DNA of 32,000 nucleotides from Bellilinea caldifistulae (GCF_001306055.1 NZ_LGHJ01000006.1:104633-136632), one strand, 5' to 3'. Positions 1 to 8,226 are shown, counted from the stretch's first letter. The notes: a model not told the origin generated them from the letters alone. Numbers and translations are program-made.

Positions 1-2125
1 TGGCGCGCATGACGCCGATTTCGCGGGTGCGTTCCAGCACATTCATGCTCATGGTGCCCATCAGCCCAATTGCGCCGACCGCGGCAATCAGGCCGGAGAG
101 CAACAGCAGCACGGTGGTCAGCAGATCCAGGCCGTTGGCGGAGATTTCCTTCAGGCGCAGGCCGGCGGTGATTTCTTCGACCCGGTATCCCCGCCGTTCC
201 AGTTCCTGCTCCACCAGCCGGCCGAATGCCTTTTGTTCCTCCAGGGTGAGGTTGTCCCGCTCGGCCAGCACGCGGAAGTTGGTGGTGCGGTTGCTCTGCC
301 CCAGTTCGGCCTGAATCACCTCGCCGTTGGCGTAAGCCAGCAAACCGGCGCTGCGTCCCACCAGTTGAAAGATGCCGGTCACCACCCAGTCCCGCTCGCG
401 CCCGTTAAGGCGCAGGCGAATGGTATCGCCCGGTTTCAAACCGGGGTACACATCCAGAAAACGCTCGCTGACGGCAAGGGCATGGTGATCGCCCGGTTCA
501 ATCCAGCGTCCGCTGATCAAAATCGGTTCAACCATCCGGCTACCAGCCGGCGGGGCGATGATCGAGAAGCTTTCGCCGCTGCCATCCGCCAGCACCAGCT
601 CCCCGCGGGCTCCGCTCCAGCCCTCCACCAATCGAACGCCCGGCAGGCCCAGCAGGTCGGCTTCTACCTGACTGAGGCGGTAAGGCTGCTGAAAGGTAAT
701 GCTGATGTCGGCCAGAAAATAATACCGCAGGCGGTCAATGTAGGATTGCAGGGAAATGCGCGTGTTCAACGTGCCGATGAAAATTGCCCCGCCAAGCGTC
801 AGCGTGATCAATGTCAGAATCAACCGGCTGCGGCGGCGGAAGGTGTTACGCAGTGAAATGAGCAGCGGGCGCGAGAGGCCGCGCACCCGCCGCAGCGCCC
901 GTAGAAGGCGTCCCTCGCGCAGGGCGGCTTGCAGCGGCGAGATGCCGCTGAGTGCCTGCTGAACCGGGATGCGCACTGCCCGTTGAATGGGCAGCCAGCC
1001 CGCCCCGGCCGGCACAACCAGCGCCAGTGCCGCCATCAGCGCCACTGTTTCGGGCAGCAGGTGGGGTTGACTGGCGGGGATGTTGATGCCGGTCTGCATC
1101 ATCCCCAGCAAGACGCCGGTCATCCAGCGTACCGGGTAAAGCGAAAGGAGCAGCGCAATCAGACCGTACAGTTCGATCAGCACCAGATACAGGCGGGCAA
1201 TCTGTCCGCCGGTTGCCCCCACCGACTTCATCACCCCAATCTGCTGCACCTGTTGGGCCAGCAGGGCTTGCAGGGTGTTGGTGATGAGGAAACCGCTCAG
1301 AAAAACCACCAGCAGTCCCAGCAGGACGAGAATGCTCGCCAGGGCATCCGTGTAGGTGCTGTTGGGGTGATCGTGCCGGCCGTTGACAGCGTAACTGTAC
1401 ACGATGTGGCCGTTCTTTTCGAGTATATCGGCGGCAGCCCGTCCCAGGGCGCGCAGGTGATCGTAGTCATCGGCATTCTGACTGGCGGTCAGATACACCA
1501 GATTGATGGATTGAGGCTGTTCCAGCCATTCCAGCGAGTCCCAGGTGGTAAACGCCTGGGCCGGGGCGAGGAAGAAACCGCCGTCGGCCCGCGATGCGCC
1601 GATGGTCTGATCCTGCACCACGGCGCGCACTGGCACACGCTCCACCCGCCCGGAGGGCAACTGCACTTCGAGGGTGTGATCCGGGTAGAGGGTCAGTTCG
1701 GGCAGTTTGAACTGATCCACCGCAAAGGTGCGCTCGGCAGGTGGAAAATCACCCGCCAGCACCAACACTTGATTGATCCGTTTTTCGGCGTAGTCCGGCG
1801 GGGCAATCACATTCAGGCGCACCCAGTCACCCTCGTTGTTGCGTACCCGCAGGTTGAAGGTGCGCACACCCTCGGCTTCAGCGACGCCTTCCATGTGGCG
1901 CAGCGGGAAGAGATCCTCTTCCGTCAGCGGCGAAGTGATCAGCATGACGTTGGCGGGGTTGACCGAGGCATAGGTCTCGCGCATCAGATAGGCCGATTGC
2001 AGGCGGGTATTGGTGATGCTGCCCACCGCCAGCAGCCCGACCGCAATCGAAAGGATGACCAGCAGCGAGCGGGTGGGGTTGCCGAGAAAATCAGCAAGGA
2101 TTTTTCTCCAGCGGGGCGGCATCAT
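1..2125 (-). CDS. ABC transporter permease, MacB/FtsX family with two FtsX-type membrane modules (partial; C-terminus lies beyond the window start)
   Basis: This ORF is not in the track because it is open at the window edge. Manual minus-strand translation from the ATGATG at 2125 gives an uninterrupted frame: MMPPRWRKILADFLGNPTRSLLVILSIAVGLLAVG...VGATGGQIARLYLVLIELYG...LSGLIAAVGAIGLMGTMSMNVLERTREIGVMRA. These are typical FtsX motifs, with large extracytoplasmic loops. Its start overlaps the stop of the upstream ATPase gene (ATGA). The long plus-strand ORFs here are antisense shadows. Confidence 0.85.
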   Translation of the reverse strand, partial: MMPPRWRKILADFLGNPTRSLLVILSIAVGLLAVGSITNTRLQSAYLMRETYASVNPANVMLITSPLTEEDLFPLRHMEGVAEAEGVRTFNLRVRNNEGDWVRLNVIAPPDYAEKRINQVLVLAGDFPPAERTFAVDQFKLPELTLYPDHTLEVQLPSGRVERVPVRAVVQDQTIGASRADGGFFLAPAQAFTTWDSLEWLEQPQSINLVYLTASQNADDYDHLRALGRAAADILEKNGHIVYSYAVNGRHDHPNSTYTDALASILVLLGLLVVFLSGFLITNTLQALLAQQVQQIGVMKSVGATGGQIARLYLVLIELYGLIALLLSLYPVRWMTGVLLGMMQTGINIPASQPHLLPETVALMAALALVVPAGAGWLPIQRAVRIPVQQALSGISPLQAALREGRLLRALRRVRGLSRPLLISLRNTFRRRSRLILTLITLTLGGAIFIGTLNTRISLQSYIDRLRYYFLADISITFQQPYRLSQVEADLLGLPGVRLVEGWSGARGELVLADGSGESFSIIAPPAGSRMVEPILISGRWIEPGDHHALAVSERFLDVYPGLKPGDTIRLRLNGRERDWVVTGIFQLVGRSAGLLAYANGEVIQAELGQSNRTTNFRVLAERDNLTLEEQKAFGRLVEQELERRGYRVEEITAGLRLKEISANGLDLLTTVLLLLSGLIAAVGAIGLMGTMSMNVLERTREIGVMRA

Positions 2126-3183
2126 CGTTTGAATCCTCCACCGGGGTGGTGCTTTAGGAAGACCTGCTTCAACCCGCTGGATTGCAGCCAGTCCCGCCAG
2201 CCGGCCGGTTCGATCACCAGCGCTTCGCCGCCTTCGATGGCGCGCAGGCTGGCAGCCGGGGAGATTTCAGCCAGCGTTTCGGCGCTCCAAAACATACCGG
2301 GGTGGTATTCGGCGGCCGGCTTTTCGGCTTCCGCTTCGGTTGGAAAGAGACCCACCCGTCCGCTGACCAGCACCCACAGACCGACGGCTTCGCCCGGGCG
2401 GGCAAGGATTTGGCCGGCTTCAAATCGGCGCGGGCTGGCCAGGTGAGTCAGTTGCAGCAATTGGGGGTGGGTCAGCCAGTTCAGCGCGGCTGCCAGATGC
2501 GGATGGATGATTTCCCCATCCGAGAGCAGAATCGTGCGGTGGGTGCGCGCCATCAGGGCTGGGTCGTGGGTGACGATGATGACGGTCTTGCCCTGCGCCA
2601 CCAGGCCGTCGAACAGGTTGAGTACATCTGCAGCGGTACGTTCGTCCAGATTGCCGGTCGGCTCATCGGCAACGATGAGCGGCGGATCGTTGGCAAGGGC
2701 GCGGGCAATGGCGGCGGCCTGCTGCTGCCCGCCCGAAACCGCCCCGGGCAATTTGTCCATCACATCCGCCAGGCCGACCTGTTCCAGCAGGCTGCGGGCG
2801 CGCACCTCGCGTTCGGCGGGGGTGTAGCAGTTGCACAAATCCATCGGTAAAAGGGTGTTTTCCAGCAGCGAGAGCATCGGCAGCAGCTGGAAGAACTGAA
2901 AGACAATCCCAATCGTCACCCCGCGCCAGGCAGCCAGTTGATTTTCGGTGAGGGTGTGGGGCTGAACACCGGCGACTTCTACCAGCCCGCGGGTGGGGTG
3001 GTCAATCCCGGTGATCATGTTCAGCAGGGTGGATTTGCCGCTGCCGGACTTTCCGACAATGCTGACATATTCCCCCTGCTGAATGGAAAGGGAAATGCCC
3101 TTCAACACCTCAACCTGACCGCCGGGCGCAGGAAAGGCCTTGACCACGTCCTGAAGGCGCAGGTAGCCATTTGTCCGGCTCAT
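2122..3183 (-). CDS. ABC transporter ATP-binding protein with a C-terminal cyclic-nucleotide-binding-like (cNMP-like) domain
   Basis: Walker A GKSGSGKST, signature LSGGQQQ, Walker B LIVADEPT and H-loop VTHD are all present. The C-terminal ~120 aa (RRFEAGQILARPGEAVGLWVLVSGRVGLF...GMFWSAETLAEISPAASLRAIEGGEALVIE) follow the cNMP-binding beta-roll pattern. I place the start at the ATG at 3183, which forms an ATGA overlap with the upstream stop, rather than at the track start 3216. Confidence 0.85.
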   Translation of the reverse strand: MSRTNGYLRLQDVVKAFPAPGGQVEVLKGISLSIQQGEYVSIVGKSGSGKSTLLNMITGIDHPTRGLVEVAGVQPHTLTENQLAAWRGVTIGIVFQFFQLLPMLSLLENTLLPMDLCNCYTPAEREVRARSLLEQVGLADVMDKLPGAVSGGQQQAAAIARALANDPPLIVADEPTGNLDERTAADVLNLFDGLVAQGKTVIIVTHDPALMARTHRTILLSDGEIIHPHLAAALNWLTHPQLLQLTHLASPRRFEAGQILARPGEAVGLWVLVSGRVGLFPTEAEAEKPAAEYHPGMFWSAETLAEISPAASLRAIEGGEALVIEPAGWRDWLQSSGLKQVFLKHHPGGGFKR

Positions 3184-3893
3184 GCTGTAACCTCCGCCGG
3201 TAATTGGGCCTGACACTCGTGCAGGCGGCCATCCTCCAACCGCAGGCAGCGGGTTGCCCGCTCCATCAGGCTGGTATCGTGGGTGACCATCAGAACGGCT
3301 TTTCCCTCTTCGGCAAGGCGGATGAAAATCTGGATGATTGTTTCGGCGGTGACCGAATCCAGCCGGCCGGTTGGTTCGTCGGCCACAATCAGGGGCGGGT
3401 CGTTAGCCAGGGCGCGGGCAATTGCCACGCGCTGCTGCTGCCCGCCAGAGATGGCTGCCGGGCGTTTGTAAGCGTGATCCTTCAGCTCAACCGAGTCGAG
3501 CAATTGCAGGGCGCGCTGCGGACTGCGCAGAGGATGAAACTGCCTGCAAAAGTCCATCGGCAGCATGACATTGTCCAGCAGACTCAGGTTGGGCAACAGG
3601 TAAAACGACTGGTAGATGATGCCAATCTTTTGACCGCGAAAGCGCGCCCGCCGGCTTTCGTTCAAGCGGTGCAGGCTGACGCCATCGCACAGCACCTCCC
3701 CGCCGCTCAGGGTGTCTATGCCGGCGATCATGTTGACCAGGGTGGTCTTGCCCGCCCCGGATTTACCGTAAATCAGCACGAACTCGCCGGGGAAGACCTG
3801 CAGGTTGATCCCTTTCAACACCGCCTGCCCGCCGCTTGGGGAGGGGTAGGTTTTCTGCACATCCACCAGTTTCAAAATGGGGCTGGCGCTCAT
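3180..3893 (-). CDS. ABC transporter ATP-binding protein (MacB/LolD-like)
   Basis: Walker [37 protein letters not shown] and VTHD are present. The track start at 3902 is a TTG; the first ATG is at 3893 ([13 protein letters not shown]...). This is the first gene of a three-gene minus-strand operon. Confidence 0.85.
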   Translation of the reverse strand: MSASPILKLVDVQKTYPSPSGGQAVLKGINLQVFPGEFVLIYGKSGAGKTTLVNMIAGIDTLSGGEVLCDGVSLHRLNESRRARFRGQKIGIIYQSFYLLPNLSLLDNVMLPMDFCRQFHPLRSPQRALQLLDSVELKDHAYKRPAAISGGQQQRVAIARALANDPPLIVADEPTGRLDSVTAETIIQIFIRLAEEGKAVLMVTHDTSLMERATRCLRLEDGRLHECQAQLPAEVTA

Positions 3894-3976
3894 TCCAAAC
3901 AACCTGTATAATAATAGACAGACTGTTTATGATTATAAATCAGCAAGGACGGCTGTCAAGAAGCAATTCTCGGAGG

Positions 3977-3994
3977 CTGTTCAGAATTGAACAG
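3977..3994. promoter_or_regulatory. Perfect inverted repeat CTGTTCA-GAAT-TGAACAG; candidate TetR operator in the divergent promoter region
   Basis: Read directly from the sequence: 7-bp perfect arms with a 4-bp spacer. It sits 20 bp upstream of the TetR start and within the 110-bp AT-rich gap shared with the divergent ABC operon. Confidence 0.45.
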
Positions 3995-4013
3995 CAATTC
4001 AGGTTAGGATAAC

Positions 4014-4631
4014 ATGAGCACACCTGCCCAACGACCTGACCGGCGGGTCAGCCGGACGCGGCGGCTGCTGCGCGAAGCGCTGACCAGCTTGATTCTCGAA
4101 AAAGGCTACGATGCGGTGACGATAGAGGACATCACCCGCCGTGCCGATCTCGGCCGAACCACCTTTTACCTGCACTACCGCGACAAGGAACACCTCTTTC
4201 TGGAAAGCATCGAACAGAGCGCCGATGAACTGGCCCGTCAGATTGTGCAGATACCGGCGGAAACGTTGTTCAACGAAAACGGCGAAGGCGCCGGTCTGCC
4301 GATTGCGCTGGTCTTTGAACACGCTGCCCAAAATGCGGATCTGTACCGTGCCATGCTGCGCAGCGAGGGTTCGATTAAAGCCACCAGCCGCCTGCGGGAA
4401 TTAACCATCCAGTACGCGCTGGAGTTCACCCGCCGCTGGTGGGAGCGGCGCGGGTTGACCAGCGAGCCGCACATACCGCTGGAAGTGATTGCCCAGTTTT
4501 TCGCCGCCAGCCTGCTGGGTACGCTGGTGTGGTGGTTGGAAGCGGGCATGCCCTACCCGCCCCGCCAGATGGCGGCCTTCTTCCGCCGGCTGGTGCTGGA
4601 TGGACTGCGCAGCGTCACCGAATCTCATTAA
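4014..4631 (+). CDS. TetR/AcrR family transcriptional regulator
   Basis: The N-terminal HTH has the TetR pattern (RRLLREALTSLILEKGYDAVTIEDITRRADLGRTTFYLHYRDKEHLF). It is about 200 aa and divergent from the ABC exporter operon. Confidence 0.85.
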   Translation: MSTPAQRPDRRVSRTRRLLREALTSLILEKGYDAVTIEDITRRADLGRTTFYLHYRDKEHLFLESIEQSADELARQIVQIPAETLFNENGEGAGLPIALVFEHAAQNADLYRAMLRSEGSIKATSRLRELTIQYALEFTRRWWERRGLTSEPHIPLEVIAQFFAASLLGTLVWWLEAGMPYPPRQMAAFFRRLVLDGLRSVTESH

Positions 4632-4653
4632 TAACAAGTTGCTTTGATCATAA

Positions 4654-4682
4654 TTGTCTTTCATGCCCGAATCTTCTACAAT
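4654..4682 (+). promoter_or_regulatory. Candidate sigma70-type promoter TTGTCT-17-TACAAT upstream of the UPF0261 gene
   Basis: Hexamers read directly from the sequence. It lies in the 104-bp gap between the TetR stop and the UPF0261 start. Confidence 0.3.
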
Positions 4683-4735
4683 AGAAACGGTTCTTTCTTC
4701 TCCCCATTTCCCAAAATCTTCCAAAGGAGGTCAAT

Positions 4736-5950
4736 ATGCCAAAAACCGTTGTGCTGGTTGGGGCGCTGGATACGAAAGGCAAGGAATTTGCCTTCGTGCG
4801 CGATTTAATTGCCGCGCAGGGACTGCAAACGCTGGTGGTGGATTTTGGCGTGATCGGCGAACCGGCCTTTGCGCCGGATATTCCGCGCAGTGAAGTGGCG
4901 GCAGCCGGGGGCGGCGATCTGGCGGTGCTGGCGGACGGCAAGCACAAAGACGAGGCCATGCGCGTCATGGCAGCCGGGCTGGCGAAGGTGGTGCGCAAAC
5001 TCTACGACGAAGGCAAACTGGACGGCATTCTCGGCATGGGCGGTTCGGGCGGCACTTCGATTGCCACGGCAGCGATGCGCACGCTGCCGGTGGGTGTGCC
5101 AAAGGTGATGGTTTCAACCGTCGCCGGCGGGGATGTTTCGGCATATGCCGGCACGAAGGATATCACTTTCATGCCCTCGATTGTGGATGTAGCCGGCATC
5201 AACAGCATCAGCCGGGTGATTTACACCAACGCCGCCGGGGCAATCAGCGGCATGGTCAAGATGGAAGCCCCCGCCGCCAAAGCCGACAAACCCCTGATTG
5301 TGGCTTCCATGTTCGGCAATACCACCCAGGCGGTAGATCATGCCCGTTCGATACTGGAAAATGCCGGTTATGAGGTGCTGGTCTTTCACGCCACCGGCAC
5401 CGGCGGACGGACGATGGAAAGCCTGATCAGCGATGGTTATATCACCGCGTGCCTCGACATCACCACCACCGAGCTGGCCGATGAGGTGTGCGGCGGGGTG
5501 CTGAGCGCAGGCCCGGAACGCTGCCTGGCGGCAGCCCGCAAGGGCATTCCTACCGTGCTGGTGCCGGGGTGCGTGGACATGGCCAACTTCTGGGGCATCG
5601 AAACCGTGCCGGAAAAGTACAAAGGCCGCAAATTGTACCAGTGGAACCCGAATGTGACTCTGCTGCGCACCAATGTGGAAGAAAACATCAAAATTGGCGA
5701 GATGCTGGCGCGGGCAGCCAACGAATCCACCGGGCCAGTGGCAGTTCTCATTCCCCTCAAGGGCGTTTCAATGCTCGACAGTCCCGGCGGGGATTTTTGG
5801 GACGAAGAAGCCGACCGGGCTTGCTTTGAAACCATTCGCAAAAATCTCAAACCGGGTATCCCGTATATTGAGATAGACGCCAATATCAACGATCCGGAAT
5901 TTTCCGGCAGGGTTGCCGAAACCCTGTTGGAGATGTTGAAAAAATCTTAA
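4736..5950 (+). CDS. UPF0261 family protein (Tm-1 N-terminal-half homologue, putative nucleotide-binding)
   Basis: MPKTVVLVGALDTKGKEFAFVRDLI...GMGGSGGTSIATAAMRTLPVGVPKVMVST... matches my recollection of the UPF0261 (PF06792) family. There is a strong RBS (AAAGGAGG) 5 nt upstream. Confidence 0.8.
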   Translation: MPKTVVLVGALDTKGKEFAFVRDLIAAQGLQTLVVDFGVIGEPAFAPDIPRSEVAAAGGGDLAVLADGKHKDEAMRVMAAGLAKVVRKLYDEGKLDGILGMGGSGGTSIATAAMRTLPVGVPKVMVSTVAGGDVSAYAGTKDITFMPSIVDVAGINSISRVIYTNAAGAISGMVKMEAPAAKADKPLIVASMFGNTTQAVDHARSILENAGYEVLVFHATGTGGRTMESLISDGYITACLDITTTELADEVCGGVLSAGPERCLAAARKGIPTVLVPGCVDMANFWGIETVPEKYKGRKLYQWNPNVTLLRTNVEENIKIGEMLARAANESTGPVAVLIPLKGVSMLDSPGGDFWDEEADRACFETIRKNLKPGIPYIEIDANINDPEFSGRVAETLLEMLKKS

Positions 5951-5965
5951 GTCAAGGAGGGAAGC

Positions 5966-6796
5966 ATGGCATTCACCCGTCAGGAAATTTTAAACCGTTT
6001 GCAGGCGCAGGTTGCCGCCGGGCGCGCCATTGTCGGCGCGGGAGCCGGCACCGGGATTTCAGCCAAATTTGCCGAAGCCGGTGGGGCCGACATCATCATC
6101 ATTTACAATTCGGGACGCTACCGCATGGCCGGGCGTGGCTCGCTGGCTGGCCTGCTGCCCTACGGCGACGCCAACCAGATTGTGGTGGAGATGGCCAGCG
6201 AAGTGCTGCCGGTGGTCAAGAATACACCGGTGCTGGCCGGGGTGTGCGGCACCGACCCGTTCCGGCTGATGCCGGTCTTTCTCAAGCAGCTGCGCGAAAT
6301 TGGCTTTTCGGGCGTGCAGAACTTTCCGACCGTCGGGTTGATTGACGGCAACTTCCGCGCTAACCTGGAAGCCACCGGCATGGGCTATGACAAAGAAGTC
6401 GAGATGATTCGGCTGGCGCACGAGATGGATTTGTTCACCTCGCCCTACGTGTTCGATGCCGATCAAGCGCGCGAGATGGCACGGGTCGGCGCGGATGTGC
6501 TGGTAGCGCATGTCGGGCTGACGACTTCCGGCAGTATTGGCGCCGGGGTGGCGATGACGCTTGACGAAGCGATAGACAAGGTGCTGGAGATTGCCGAAGC
6601 CGGCAAGCAGGTGCGCAAGGACATTCTGGTCATCTGCCACGGTGGGCCGTTTGACGAACCCGATCAGGTCGGCAAGGCACTGGCGCGCATGCCGGGCATT
6701 GTCGGCTTCTTTGGGGCGTCCAGCATCGAGCGTCTGCCCACCGAACGCGCCATTCGAGCGCAGGTGGAGGCGTTCAAGAATATCCGGCTGGCGTAG
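5966..6796 (+). CDS. PEP-hydrolase-like TIM-barrel protein (TIM-barrel signal transduction family; Tm-1 C-terminal-half homologue)
   Basis: ...[45 protein letters not shown]...[13 protein letters not shown]... is typical of PF09370. The RBS is AAGGAGGG. It starts 15 bp after the UPF0261 gene. Confidence 0.8.
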   Translation: MAFTRQEILNRLQAQVAAGRAIVGAGAGTGISAKFAEAGGADIIIIYNSGRYRMAGRGSLAGLLPYGDANQIVVEMASEVLPVVKNTPVLAGVCGTDPFRLMPVFLKQLREIGFSGVQNFPTVGLIDGNFRANLEATGMGYDKEVEMIRLAHEMDLFTSPYVFDADQAREMARVGADVLVAHVGLTTSGSIGAGVAMTLDEAIDKVLEIAEAGKQVRKDILVICHGGPFDEPDQVGKALARMPGIVGFFGASSIERLPTERAIRAQVEAFKNIRLA

Positions 6797-6817
6797 ATCT
6801 CTATCCCGAAGATTAGA

Positions 6818-6851
6818 CTGGCGGGTATTGAGCCCGCCAGTTTTGTTTTTT
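6818..6851 (+). terminator. Rho-independent terminator after the TIM-barrel gene
   Basis: Stem CTGGCGGG (6818-6825), loop TATTGAG, stem CCCGCCAG (6833-6840), followed by TTTTGTTTTTT. Confidence 0.75.
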
Positions 6852-6937
6852 GATTCCATATCACCGCCCATTTGCTCGCCGCCTTTTAGGAGGCTTTTTC
6901 TCACCAGTCAGCCCCATACCTCACCAGGAAATTGGAG

Positions 6938-7153
6938 TTTCACTATACGCCTGAACACAACTGAAGTCGAAATCTCTGTTCTGACTGAACAATGCTTGGA
7001 TCGCAGGTTGGGTAGCCAAGCAATGGTAGCAAGCCAAATCGGCGCTTGGGAAGCTGAACGGAACGCCGCCCGGCAACCAATGATTGACGTTTCACCATCC
7101 CGAATGCCAGGGATAAACTCAAAAAATTGTACCCGGTGAAAGAAGAACAATGA
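6938..7153 (+). pseudogene. IS630-family transposase C-terminal remnant (truncated and frameshifted)
   Basis: The translation fragments are FHYTPEHN*, then EVEISVLTEQCLDRRLGSQAMVASQIGAWEAERNAARQPMID, then (after a frameshift) ARDKLKKLYPVKEEQ*. These follow the canonical IS630-family C-terminal pattern (FHYTP.H.SWLN..E.....L...CL.RR......L...I..W...RN......W.F....AR.KL..LYP). No N-terminal part or DDE core is present. Confidence 0.7.
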
Positions 7154-7164
7154 TTGACCCGGCT

Positions 7165-7232
7165 CCCCGACGTTTGACTCACCTGCGCCGCGAAGCACAG
7201 CGAGGCGGTGTCAGGGGAAGCGCATGTTGGGC
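7165..7232 (-). repeat. attC site of the terminal cassette (eroded distal half)
   Basis: On the cassette (minus) strand it starts with GCCCAAC (complement of GTTGGGC at 7226-7232), 16 nt after the Ble-like stop. It shares the core TCACCTGCGCCG.GAAGC.CAGCG.GGCGG.GTCAGG with the other attC sites. The distal box reads GTCGGGG instead of GTTRRRY, and the left arm no longer pairs well. Confidence 0.6.
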
Positions 7233-7248
7233 GGCGTTCTTTCAGGAA

Positions 7249-7593
7249 TTAATCATCTTCAAAGAAAAAGAGCCCGTTTCCATCCATATCAAGCGCGACA
7301 AACTCTTTCCTGCCCCAAGACTTTTCTTCTAAAGCCCCGTTTGGATGGATAACCTCTGCTTGCTGGTACTCCTTATACAACACTTCAATATTGTCTACCG
7401 CTATCCTGCAAGCAGTGTTTTCGGCGATATTCTTATCCTGACATTCCCATAAATGAATTTCCACCGAGTCACGCTTCACGGCAGCATAATCGCCATAGTT
7501 GAAAAGCTCCACAAAGCCAAATTTGCTCTTATAAAATTCGACCGAAGCCTTTACATTAGCAGCAGGGAATTTAGGGACAACATATTTAAACAT
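7249..7593 (-). CDS. Bleomycin-binding-protein-like VOC (glyoxalase/bleomycin resistance) family protein
   Basis: This 114-aa protein (...ASVEFYKSKFGFVELFNYGDYAAVKRDSVEIHLWECQD...EEKSWGRKEFVALDMDGNGLFFFEDD) aligns along its length with the Sh ble/BLMA pattern as I recall it (AVEFW...LGF...DDFAGV.RDDV.LF...Q....PWGREFA..DP.GN..HF). An AGGAG RBS lies 7 nt upstream. Confidence 0.75.
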   Translation of the reverse strand: MFKYVVPKFPAANVKASVEFYKSKFGFVELFNYGDYAAVKRDSVEIHLWECQDKNIAENTACRIAVDNIEVLYKEYQQAEVIHPNGALEEKSWGRKEFVALDMDGNGLFFFEDD

Positions 7594-7616
7594 AGTCTGC
7601 TCCTATCTATGAACGC

Positions 7617-8087
7617 CTACAAAATCGGAACACAAAAGTCCATAGTATGCTCGTAGTAGACCTCATAACTGGGACGTTGCGGGTCTACAATCAGTTGATG
7701 TTGTGGCACATACTCCGCAAAGAAACGCCCGATAGTCTCTCCTATCGTATTTGAGTCTTTCTCAAGTGATAGGATTGCATAACGCCCACCTGGTAGTTCT
7801 TTTGTTTGGACACCTTCGGTGTCTCGGGAAATGGACTCAGGAAGTTCTAGTGCGCACTCATAACCAACTAATTGAGCGCCGTTGGTGCGTGGGATGCCAA
7901 TTACCTTTAGGGTTGAAGGGTCGAAGCCGCACCGTTGAGCCCAGTCTTTTATATGTTGAAAACCATCCCGAATTTGTTCGTTATAACTACCCGTCGCTTG
8001 TTGTAGTTGGCAAGACACATAGACGATAAAGGCAGGTGTCAAATCTTGTATAGTAACGTGTAATGGTTGTTCAGTAAAAGTGTTCAT
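7617..8087 (-). CDS. GyrI-like small-molecule-binding domain protein
   Basis: I trimmed this to the ATG at 8087 (MNTFTEQPLHVTIQDL...), which has a GGGAGA RBS. The track's longer ORF (to 8381) runs through an attC site. The fold pattern is GyrI-like/SbmC-type: IGIP......YE.A.E........V....LPGG.YA............I......W........P..E.Y. Confidence 0.7.
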   Translation of the reverse strand: MNTFTEQPLHVTIQDLTPAFIVYVSCQLQQATGSYNEQIRDGFQHIKDWAQRCGFDPSTLKVIGIPRTNGAQLVGYECALELPESISRDTEGVQTKELPGGRYAILSLEKDSNTIGETIGRFFAEYVPQHQLIVDPQRPSYEVYYEHTMDFCVPIL

Positions 8088-8152
8088 AAAAAGTCTCCCA
8101 TGCTGAAATTGTGAACGACAAAGCGTGTTGGTGTGGTGGAACGGATTAAGCC

Positions 8153-8221
8153 GCCCAACGAGCGGCGCATCACCTGTGGCGAGCCGCGCAGCGGAGCGTC
8201 CGCTGCAAACGGTTGTTAGGC
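8153..8221 (-). repeat. attC site (DHFR-like cassette)
   Basis: The plus strand reads GCCCAAC (8153-8159) ... GTTAGGC (8215-8221). It contains the shared core CATCACCTGTGGCGAGCCGCGCAGCGGAGCG and begins 6 nt after the stop of the 8227-8865 ORF. Confidence 0.75.
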
Positions 8222-8226
8222 CGCCC

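Noticed and set aside
9-2446. Long plus-strand ORFs (9-314, 233-856, 929-2446; up to 505 aa) overlapping the first 2.4 kb
   Set aside because: Their products are Arg/Gly/Pro/Gln-rich low-complexity sequences with no recognisable motifs. The opposite strand encodes a continuous, motif-rich FtsX/MacB permease and an ABC ATPase. These are antisense shadow ORFs, typical of high-GC DNA.
3918-3945. A second possible palindrome (CTGTTTATGATTATAAATCAG) in the TetR/ABC intergenic region
   Set aside because: Only about 6 of 10 positions per arm are complementary. In AT-rich promoter DNA this is within chance expectation. Only the perfect 7-4-7 repeat at 3977-3994 is reported.
6591-7139. The 182-aa plus-strand ORF spanning the end of the TIM-barrel gene, the terminator and the IS remnant
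   Set aside because: It is a chimeric open frame. The first part is out of frame inside the TIM-barrel gene and then crosses a terminator. Only its last ~50 codons resemble an IS630 transposase C-terminus, so I annotated that part as a pseudogene fragment instead.
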